NCBI GenBank assembly: GCA_964572175.1
Contig: CAZNEH010000001.1
Coordinates: forward strand, 9,788 to 73,787
Reading direction: 5' to 3'
Origin: an uncultured Gammaproteobacteria bacterium
GTDB taxonomy: Bacteria; Patescibacteriota; Patescibacteriia; UBA9570; CAZNEH01
DNA length: 64,000 nt
The notes under the pieces were generated by a model. It saw only the letters and a list, made by a program, of their open reading frames with translations. It was not told the origin of the DNA and searched no databases. Both the position numbers and the translations under genes were made by a program. Every line of letters starts with the position of its first letter. Position 1 is the stretch's first letter. Below are positions 1-7,326 of this stretch, piece by piece.

Positions 1-28
1 CGTGCAGTTGCGTAAGCAAATGCCTCGG

Positions 29-68
29 GCCGTTGTAGCTCAGTCGGTAGAGCATTCCCATGGTAAGG
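29..68 (+). tRNA. 5' fragment of a disrupted tRNA-Thr(GGU) (acceptor, D-arm, 5' anticodon stem and loop up to CCATGGTAAGG); tRNA identity breaks after position 68
   Basis: GCCGTTG-TA-GCTCAGTCGGTAGAGC-A-TTCCC-ATGGTAA-GG folds as a canonical tRNA 5' half. Its exact 3' complement (GGGAA-AGGTC-CGCGGTTCGAATCCGCG-CAACGGC-T-CCA) lies at 7219..7254, sharing the 11-bp core CCATGGTAAGG. Confidence 0.7.
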
Positions 69-180
69 AAGTGGTCTATCCAAATAAGTAATATTTTCGC
101 TAAACTTAGATAAGAAATTGCAATTTAACAAGTGAGACCGACCACTTCTATGGTGGAAGGGGTCGTTAAAACAGTCATTT

Positions 181-256
181 GCCGTTGTAGCTCAGTTGGT
201 AGAGCACACGCATGGTAAGCGTGAGGTCTGCGGTTCAATCCCGCACAACGGCTCCA
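181..256 (+). tRNA. tRNA-Thr (anticodon GGU), intact, element-borne
   Basis: Cloverleaf: acceptor GCCGTTG/CAACGGC, D-arm GCTCAGTTGGTAGAGC, anticodon stem CACGC/GCGTG with loop ATGGTAA (anticodon GGT), T-arm TCTGCGGTTCAATCCCGCA, then discriminator T and encoded CCA. Confidence 0.85.
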
Positions 257-293
257 ACTAACCAGAGCATTCATACTTCCACATAAAACAAGT

Positions 294-1196
294 ATGAATA
301 TGAAAATTAAACAAGTCCATGAGCAATTTTGTGAATATCAAATTGCTTTTAAGGGTTTTAGCCCTAAAACTATATTAGGTTATCAGATTGCCCTGGGAAT
401 ATTTCTTAAACATTTTCCTGAGATCAATTCTTTTGAACAGATTACCGAAACAAAAGTACAAAAGTTTTTTTACTGGGGGAGAACTGAAAGAAATTGGTTG
501 CCAGCAACATTTATCACATACCACAAACGCCTTAAGGTGTTTTTTGATTACTTAGTTAAAAATAGCTTTATAGCCAAGAATCCATTTGAGAATATTGATA
601 AGCCTAGTTTGGGCAGAAGACTCCCAAAAGCTTTGACAAAACAACAAGCACAACAAATATTAGACAAAGCCTTACATGAGAGTGCAGTAAAAGAATTCAC
701 CCGTATTCGTAATCATGCAATGTATACCGTGTTTCTACATGCTGGTTTGCGTAAGGGTGAAGTTTTAAAGTTAACTATGCAAGATGTTGACCTAACTAAC
801 AATAGATTGAGCATTCGTGAAGCTAAGGGCGATAAAGACCGCTTTGTGCCAATATCAAGTAAGCTTCATTCAGTTTTAACTCGTTATGTTAATCTCAGAG
901 TAAAAGAGGGGAAATATGCAGAACAGTTTTTTGTATCTTCAAACCGAGATGTTGGGCTTACTGATAATGGCTTGAAGCATGTACAAGATACCATGGAAGC
1001 CTTGGTAGACTTTAAATTTCATCTTCACAAGCTCCGCCATACTTTTGCTACGCTAATGCTTGACGGAGGCTGTAATATCTATACATTATCCAAGATTATG
1101 GGGCATAGTGATATAAAAACGACTACGATATATCTTTCAACATCTACGGAGTTACTTCAGAGCGAGATACATAAACATCCACTTAATTTAATTTGA
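294..1196 (+). CDS. tyrosine site-specific recombinase / integrase (phage integrase family)
   Basis: C-terminal catalytic region has HKLRHTFAT...GHSDIKTTTIYL (R..H..R..Y signature). It lies immediately 3' of the tRNA and is a paralogue of the 4838..5743 product. Confidence 0.85.
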   Translation: MNMKIKQVHEQFCEYQIAFKGFSPKTILGYQIALGIFLKHFPEINSFEQITETKVQKFFYWGRTERNWLPATFITYHKRLKVFFDYLVKNSFIAKNPFENIDKPSLGRRLPKALTKQQAQQILDKALHESAVKEFTRIRNHAMYTVFLHAGLRKGEVLKLTMQDVDLTNNRLSIREAKGDKDRFVPISSKLHSVLTRYVNLRVKEGKYAEQFFVSSNRDVGLTDNGLKHVQDTMEALVDFKFHLHKLRHTFATLMLDGGCNIYTLSKIMGHSDIKTTTIYLSTSTELLQSEIHKHPLNLI

Positions 1197-1235
1197 TATT
1201 GCCAATTTAGTTATATAAGGATATATTATCTTTAT

Positions 1236-2384
1236 ATGCAACAAGAAAAGTATGATGAAAGTGTAGTTAAAAACCAACATTATATACCAGTTGGTTTATT
1301 AAAAAATTTTATTAATTCAGATAATAAAATATTTGAAGCATTATTAAGTGTTCCTAAAATTTATCCCTCAACACCAGAGAAATCAATGTCTGCAAGATTC
1401 ATTTATGAGGATGATCATCTTGATTTAAATGCAGTAGAAAAATATTTTTCGAATATCGATTCAGAAATTGCACCTAAGGTTAAAGATGTTATAGAAGCTA
1501 TAGAAAAGTATAAAAAAAATCAGGTAGAATTTTCATATATACAAGAATTATTTGAAAAACTATTATCTATTTTTGTCGTGTTTTATTATCGTAGCGGAGC
1601 GTTACTAACTGAATTTTCAAGCATAGATTCAAAACATAAAATACCTTTATTAACAAAAAAAATTCATAATCAAAGATACATAAGTTTATTGTCGCAAACT
1701 ATAAAAGAATGTTATAAATTTGCTATTATTGAAAGTGATGAAAACTTCTTAATTAGCGATCAGTTTATTTCTACGGCTGCCTTAAAAATAAAAACTCAAT
1801 TCGCCAATATTTCTAATCGTCATATAGGAATAAAAGAAACTTTAATTTTGATACCAATATCCTCAAAGTATTATGCTGCGTATTGGCATTCTGATAGCTC
1901 ATCACTTTTATCCGAATCGGGCATAAATAAATTAGATGAATCACAAATTCATGAATTTAATGCTGTAATTATTAATAACTCTTATTTAAAATGTGTTGGT
2001 CAAAATGAAAATGATTTAAAAAAAGTTATAGATCGATACAAAATGGAGTTTCCTTCACAAGTATTTATTGGACATAGAGGTGGGGGCAGCTCAGGTTATA
2101 TTAGAAAAAAAGAAATATTTTTTTCAGAAAAAGAGAAAGAAGCATACGAATTTTTAATTCACCCCTCACAAAACATTAACGAATTTTTAAAGGCGAAATC
2201 TAATGATAAATGCCCATGTGGTAAAGAGATAAAATTTAAAAAATGTCATAGAGATATTGTTTCAAGAATAAAAATTCCTATACAAAGTTTTAAGCAGGGC
2301 GTTGATCCAACAGCATATAGAATGCCAAATGTTTCTGCTGTAGAGTTGCCAATAGATGAGTGGGGTCCTTATGCTGGAAATTAA
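1236..2384 (+). CDS. DUF4238-like protein with C-terminal SEC-C-type zinc-binding motif
   Basis: N-terminal HYIPVGLLKNF resembles the DUF4238 HY[IV]PQ..L.NF signature. C-terminus CPCGKEIKFKKCH resembles the SEC-C CPCGSGKK(Y/F)KKCC motif. Confidence 0.5.
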   Translation: MQQEKYDESVVKNQHYIPVGLLKNFINSDNKIFEALLSVPKIYPSTPEKSMSARFIYEDDHLDLNAVEKYFSNIDSEIAPKVKDVIEAIEKYKKNQVEFSYIQELFEKLLSIFVVFYYRSGALLTEFSSIDSKHKIPLLTKKIHNQRYISLLSQTIKECYKFAIIESDENFLISDQFISTAALKIKTQFANISNRHIGIKETLILIPISSKYYAAYWHSDSSSLLSESGINKLDESQIHEFNAVIINNSYLKCVGQNENDLKKVIDRYKMEFPSQVFIGHRGGGSSGYIRKKEIFFSEKEKEAYEFLIHPSQNINEFLKAKSNDKCPCGKEIKFKKCHRDIVSRIKIPIQSFKQGVDPTAYRMPNVSAVELPIDEWGPYAGN

Positions 2385-2393
2385 TATAAATAT

Positions 2394-3101
2394 ATGAATA
2401 TATTAACATTACATGAGAAACGTGAAACACTAAAGGGAACTAAAATTATTAGACTTCTAAAGCACTTAGCTGTAACTCACTATTCTTTTAGGGTTAATTA
2501 TAATGAATTATCAAAACTAATAAATATATTTGAGAAAGATGATGAAATAATATATTTAAAAAATAGAGAAAAAATAGATCGATTACTATATGAATTTTCT
2601 CGTTTATTATTAAATTATATAAGTTCAGTATCGACTTTTGTTGATCACGTTAGACGAGTTAGACATAAATTAAATAATGATAAAATTGATAGGCAGTTTA
2701 AAAAAGAATTAGATAATATATCAAAAGACGAGAATATAATTTTTTTAAAGGATTTACGTAATTACACAATACATGAAAAGTTGCCAGAAGTGGCAGCTAA
2801 TTTTACTCTTAAAAATCAAGTAAATGGTCAAAATAATAATCAGGAATTAGGCATAGTTAAGGAGGCTATACTTGAGTCGACTTATTGGACAAGAGGGTCT
2901 AAAGATTTTTTGTCAAAACAAGCAAAAATGATTCCAATAAAAAAAATATTAAATAGTCATTATCAAGTATTTAATGATTTTCAAGAAAAATTTTATAAAT
3001 TAGTTACAGAAGAATATAAAAATGAAATACAGGATTTAATCGAAGTTGAAAGACAGATGAATAAATGGATGAATAAAAAACAACCAAAAGAGGATAATTA
3101 A
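2394..3101 (+). CDS. hypothetical protein (island cargo)
   Basis: Long ORF in AT-rich coding context with no recognisable motif. Confidence 0.45.
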   Translation: MNILTLHEKRETLKGTKIIRLLKHLAVTHYSFRVNYNELSKLINIFEKDDEIIYLKNREKIDRLLYEFSRLLLNYISSVSTFVDHVRRVRHKLNNDKIDRQFKKELDNISKDENIIFLKDLRNYTIHEKLPEVAANFTLKNQVNGQNNNQELGIVKEAILESTYWTRGSKDFLSKQAKMIPIKKILNSHYQVFNDFQEKFYKLVTEEYKNEIQDLIEVERQMNKWMNKKQPKEDN

Positions 3102-3127
3102 TTCTATTTACCTCATTAGTTTAATTT

Positions 3128-3685
3128 TTAATTTTGAAAAGTTAAGATTAATTTGTTGAGAATAGTTATTAATTCTTCTTTTGCTGGCTCACCATTTAAG
3201 TTTGATATCTCTCCACTATAATACTTATCTTCGTATTTAAAATCAAAAGCAAGTGAAGAATGAGCATTTGTAAGCATAGTTCCATTTAGTTCGTAGTCTT
3301 CTTCGTAGCCAATTTGAACTTCAATGTTATTAATAGTTTTAGTAGATTTTTCCAATGGATAAGTTTCAGCATGTATATCAAGATTTTCATTGCTACTAGT
3401 TAACGCTACAGAGAAATCACTATTACCGGCTGGGCTATAAGTATAAATTCCCGCTTGAGAACTTTTTAAAGTAAAACCAGATAATTTATTTAAATTAACA
3501 CCTTGCTCTACTTCTTCATGGTTTACATTTGAAGTTTGCGAACTAGTTTTATTAGTATTTCCATCTTTTTCATCATCCTTAGGAGTTAACATTAAAATTA
3601 CAACTCCCAAGATAATAATTAGTAAAATAGCGATACCAATTTTTTCAGAAGCAATTAATTTTGGCTTCTTTTTTTCTTCTTTCAT
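3128..3685 (-). CDS. hypothetical membrane-anchored/secreted protein
   Basis: N-terminal hydrophobic helix IGIAILLIIILGVVILML follows a basic N-terminus. Ser/Thr/Asn-rich ectodomain. Confidence 0.5.
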   Translation of the reverse strand: MKEEKKKPKLIASEKIGIAILLIIILGVVILMLTPKDDEKDGNTNKTSSQTSNVNHEEVEQGVNLNKLSGFTLKSSQAGIYTYSPAGNSDFSVALTSSNENLDIHAETYPLEKSTKTINNIEVQIGYEEDYELNGTMLTNAHSSLAFDFKYEDKYYSGEISNLNGEPAKEELITILNKLILTFQN

Positions 3686-3730
3686 TTTGATTGTTCATTA
3701 ATTATTATTTTCTGCCAACCAAAAAAGGCG

Positions 3731-3854
3731 ACAGGATTAGTTGGCACTACGTAATAGTTCCCAAAGGAATTCTTACGCTCCTGCCGCCATCTCTATTCGT
3801 AAGAATAAGAGATAACGACTATGAGTCGTCCTTTGGGTTTAATTACGTAGTGCC
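3731..3854. repeat. long imperfect inverted repeat / branched stem-loop (~125 nt)
   Basis: Arms TGGCACTACGTAAT...ATTACGTAGTGCCA, CCCAAAGGA...TCCTTTGGG and CTTACG...CGTAAG are nested. An internal ACGAC-tatga-GTCGT side hairpin is also present. Confidence 0.6.
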
Positions 3855-3991
3855 ATTTACTATTATAGCAGAAAAGTAAGTAAAGTTAAGTATTTTATCT
3901 ATCTGGCATTATTAGAAGTAAATTTTTCAATTGAATATTATATAATTAATATAGAGGGAAAAAGCATTTTTTTACATATTTTTACACTTTT

Positions 3992-4387
3992 ATGAACGAT
4001 ATTGAGCAAAAAGCCTGTGAATTAAAATACTCGGGCATAAAATATAAGAAAATGTCTGAATTATTGGATGTTAATTACGATACTTTAGTTAGCTGGTTTA
4101 GAAAAGATGGGAAGATATATCAAGATTATCAGGAATATGCCATAGAAACGAATAGGCAAGCTAAATTAAGGGCTATTAATTTACTGACTAATAATGTCGA
4201 AAGAGCAATTGAAGTGCTAGTTAATGAAATGCATAATAGCGATTCTTCACAGGCAAAAATCAAAGCAGCGTGCGAGATACTAAATAGAGTTATTAAAAAT
4301 AATGAAACGCAGGAAAATGAAGAAACTATGACATGGGAGGATTATGTAACATTAAGGGAAAAAGAGATGGGGAATAACGGTAAGTAA
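3992..4387 (+). CDS. small HTH-type DNA-binding protein (putative regulator / terminase-small-like)
   Basis: KYSGIKYKKMSELLDVNYDTLVSWFRK has a helix-turn-helix character. Located within the island. Confidence 0.4.
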   Translation: MNDIEQKACELKYSGIKYKKMSELLDVNYDTLVSWFRKDGKIYQDYQEYAIETNRQAKLRAINLLTNNVERAIEVLVNEMHNSDSSQAKIKAACEILNRVIKNNETQENEETMTWEDYVTLREKEMGNNGK

Positions 4388-4672
4388 ATTTTTAAAGCTT
4401 AAATGCTACCATTATAGTAGAGGGGAAAACGCTAAAATATTAGCAAAAAAATACACTTATAGCGGCAGTGTTTAAACAACCGCTCCGAATACTGGTCTAA
4501 TGGAGAAAAAATAAAAGACCAACTATATAGATGAGGTAGCCCAGCAAGACTTGAGCACAGAGGCCTCTAGAATAAACAATCTGCTGTACCCCAAGGCGAC
4601 AAATAATTCTTTTTTAAGAGTTGTTAGTCTATTTGTCCGGGGGGAGTAATAATACATTATAATATATAATTT

Positions 4673-4834
4673 ATGTCTAAAAGAAAGAATCAATTTAGAA
4701 AACCTAAATTAATACAATATAGATCAGTTTGGTTAACTCAAAAGGGGTATGAATTATTAAGGTTAGCAAAAAAGGAAGAGAAAAAATCTATGATGGCAAT
4801 TGTTAATGAATTAATTAAGGAAAAATATAAATAG
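4673..4834 (+). CDS. ribbon-helix-helix (CopG/Arc-like) small protein, candidate excisionase/regulator (53 aa, not in ORF track)
   Basis: ATG at 4673 after a TATAAT at 4660. Translation MSKRKNQFRKPKLIQYRSVWLTQKGYELLRLAKKEEKKSMMAIVNELIKEKYK has a beta-strand then two helices. It ends 3 nt before the second integrase. Confidence 0.55.
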   Translation: MSKRKNQFRKPKLIQYRSVWLTQKGYELLRLAKKEEKKSMMAIVNELIKEKYK

Positions 4835-4837
4835 TAG

Positions 4838-5743
4838 ATGGAATTAAGAGAAGCTTTTAAACAATTTATTGTTGAAAGTCAAAATGGACGCTTTGCTTAT
4901 AATTCTGATAAAACTATTTTGAAACATAAAAATGTTTTTGAGCTTTTTGTAAAATGGATTCCGACAGAAAGAGTTCAAGATTTAAATGAAGAGCTGTTAT
5001 GGAGATATTTTAATAAAGGAGAAACTACTCGAGACTGGAAACCATCAACCGTGATAACTAATCGTACTAGTCTTTCAAGATTTTTAGATTGGTGCGTGAT
5101 TAATAAATTATTAAAAGAAAATCCTATAAAAAAAATTCCACGACCAAGATTAATTAAAAACACTCCCGACTATTATAGCGAGGAGGAAATTGACAAGATT
5201 TTGTATACTGTCAACAAATTATTTAAACGACAATTAACTAGAGCGAGAAACATGGCAATGATAGGGATTATGTTATTGGCAGGCCTTAGAAAGGGTGAAT
5301 TATTAAAACTAAAAATAACTGATGTTGATTTCAGTAATAAAGTTATAAGAATTAGAGCAGAAAATGCAAAAAATAGGAAGCCTAGGTCTCTGAATATAAG
5401 TCATAAATTAGAAGAACTACTAAAGGTTTATATTTCGTTGAGAGAGAAAAAAGGGATCAAAGCTTATAGCTTATGGGTATCATCAAATAATCATGCTCCA
5501 CTAACTGAAAATGGTTATAATCATATATTAGAAACGTTATCAGAGGGGGTTGGATTTAAGGTTAAATCTCATAAGTGTAGGCATACCTTTGCAACTTACG
5601 CATATAAAGGATGTAAAGATATTATGGCAGTAAAAGATGCCTTAGGACATGCTGATTTAAAAACCACGCTAGTTTATGCTACTCCCTTAGCTGAATCTAC
5701 TAAGTTAACTATAGAAGTTAATCCGATAAATGATTTGTTTTAA
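4838..5743 (+). CDS. tyrosine site-specific recombinase / integrase (second copy)
   Basis: HKCRHTFATYAY...GHADLKTTLVYA catalytic signature. Shares N-terminal blocks with the 294..1196 product. Confidence 0.85.
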   Translation: MELREAFKQFIVESQNGRFAYNSDKTILKHKNVFELFVKWIPTERVQDLNEELLWRYFNKGETTRDWKPSTVITNRTSLSRFLDWCVINKLLKENPIKKIPRPRLIKNTPDYYSEEEIDKILYTVNKLFKRQLTRARNMAMIGIMLLAGLRKGELLKLKITDVDFSNKVIRIRAENAKNRKPRSLNISHKLEELLKVYISLREKKGIKAYSLWVSSNNHAPLTENGYNHILETLSEGVGFKVKSHKCRHTFATYAYKGCKDIMAVKDALGHADLKTTLVYATPLAESTKLTIEVNPINDLF

Positions 5744-5789
5744 TTAAGTTTTTTTAGTATTATATTATTATTAACTAATAATAATATAA

Positions 5790-7055
5790 ATGAAAATATT
5801 TAATAAACACTTACATGACATTACTTATGATGAAATAATATCTTTTTGCAATGAAGGGCATATAGAAAGTTTATATTTAGATTACAAAGAAGATGTGAGT
5901 AGATCAAATTCAGTTGCTAAAACTTCAGCGGCAATGGCAAATTCTTTTGGCGGAATAATAATAATAGGTGTTGCTGATGACAATAATTATCCTAAATTAC
6001 CTGTAAAGGGTCTAGATAAATTAACAGAGGAGCAAATTACTCAAATAATTTCAGATAACACATTTCCACTAATTACACCAGAAATAAAAGTATATAAAAA
6101 AGCTAATCGATATTTAGGTATAGTTAGAGTTAAGCCATCGCAATCTACTCCAATTTTTTTTACTAAAGATAATACTATTCCTGTTAGAGTTAATAATATT
6201 ACAAAAAAATTTGAAGATAATGCAGATTTAAAACAGTTAGATTGGTTATGGAATAATAGAAAAAAATCTATAGAACTTTATGAAAATTGTTTATCATTTG
6301 CCAGGGATACTTTCGAAAAACAACGAAGTAATTTACATGGATTGGAATCTTTAATTGAAGCAAAAAAAGATCCATATTCTCCCCGCATGGTTAACTCTAA
6401 ACGCTTGTTAAGAGATCCGCATTATTTTCCAAATAGAATCGAAATATTTTCTCGACCTATTTATCCTGATATTACCCCCTTGAAAAATCCGAAAGAATTA
6501 AATGATATTTTTCCGAAAATTAATGTAAATGTAGATGAAAATTGCGGAGAGTTTCCAAGAAATATTCACAAAAGACGACGTATTTCCGGTGGTAGTATTA
6601 TTCAAGAATTAAAATCTAGAGGTTTAATTTATACCGAAATTAATCAATATGGATTATATTATCATAATGAAAAAATAATTATGCAAGATTATGATTTAAT
6701 GATTGATGAACATTATAACATTGACCATTTAACAAGCGAAGCTATAGCAGTATTAAAATGGCCAGTATTAAAAGGAGTGTTTATTTCCTTTTTAGAGTCT
6801 TTAAAACTATTTTATAAAGAAATTGAATATTATGGATATATTGAAATTGGTATAAAGCTTTTCTCTGTAAATACTATGCAATTAATTAAGGAGCAAATAG
6901 AAACTGAATTATATGATTCTCCTTTAGGCGCTTACTCAGTTGATGATTATATAAATTGGGATAGTGGAATTATCAATGTTTCAGAAATTGATAATAATTT
7001 AATAAATGATCTCGAAGAATACATTGATGATTTATTCGATTATAAAAAAAGATAA
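5790..7055 (+). CDS. AlbA_2 (Schlafen-like / divergent AAA_4) DNA-binding domain protein
   Basis: ESLYLDYKED...AAMANSFGGIIIIGVADD matches the AlbA_2 E..lEfK...AfaNt.GG.iiiGv.d signature. Confidence 0.6.
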   Translation: MKIFNKHLHDITYDEIISFCNEGHIESLYLDYKEDVSRSNSVAKTSAAMANSFGGIIIIGVADDNNYPKLPVKGLDKLTEEQITQIISDNTFPLITPEIKVYKKANRYLGIVRVKPSQSTPIFFTKDNTIPVRVNNITKKFEDNADLKQLDWLWNNRKKSIELYENCLSFARDTFEKQRSNLHGLESLIEAKKDPYSPRMVNSKRLLRDPHYFPNRIEIFSRPIYPDITPLKNPKELNDIFPKINVNVDENCGEFPRNIHKRRRISGGSIIQELKSRGLIYTEINQYGLYYHNEKIIMQDYDLMIDEHYNIDHLTSEAIAVLKWPVLKGVFISFLESLKLFYKEIEYYGYIEIGIKLFSVNTMQLIKEQIETELYDSPLGAYSVDDYINWDSGIINVSEIDNNLINDLEEYIDDLFDYKKR

Positions 7056-7207
7056 TTATTACTTTCTTTTTATAATATTATTTGTTATTATTTAAGTATT
7101 AATTATTAAGTGGAAGTACCCAGCGGTTAATACTGTTTATACTCACTGAAACAAGTAGTTTAAATCTAACCTTAGCCGAAAAACAAGGATTTTAAAACCT
7201 CGACCTA

Positions 7208-7254
7208 CCATGGTAAGGGAAAGGTCCGCGGTTCGAATCCGCGCAACGGCTCCA
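7208..7254 (+). tRNA. 3' fragment of the disrupted tRNA-Thr(GGU) (anticodon loop, 3' anticodon stem, variable loop, T-arm, acceptor 3' strand, CCA)
   Basis: CCATGGTAAGG-GAA-AGGTC-CGCGGTTCGAATCCGCG-CAACGGC-T-CCA. Perfectly complementary to the 29..68 5' half. Confidence 0.7.
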
Positions 7255-7326
7255 ATAAGCTACCCGAAAGGGTGGTTTTTTTTAACATTGACAAAAGCCA
7301 TAAAAATAGGGTATATTAATAGTACA

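Larger units (their letters stand above)
69..7207 (+). mobile_element. ~7.1 kb integrative element / genomic island inserted into the anticodon loop of tRNA-Thr(GGU). It encodes its own tRNA-Thr(GGU), two tyrosine recombinases, an RHH protein and candidate defence cargo.
   Basis: The split tRNA halves at 29..68 and 7208..7254 carry the identical 11-bp core CCATGGTAAGG at both junctions (58..68 and 7208..7218). Recombinase genes lie at 294..1196 and 4838..5743. Confidence 0.65.

Noticed and set aside
29-7254. Interpretation of the split tRNA as a group I intron or a naturally split tRNA gene
   Set aside because: The intervening 7.1 kb contains two tyrosine recombinases, a full tRNA and multiple protein genes with their own promoters, and is flanked by an 11-bp direct repeat. 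This fits site-specific integration, not an intron or a Nanoarchaeum-type split gene.
7210-7326. Track ORF start at 7210 for the 711-aa surface protein
   Set aside because: The first 39 codons overlap the tRNA-Thr 3' fragment and precede the promoter. The signal-peptide ATG at 7327 with TTGACA-N18-TATATT upstream is the credible start.
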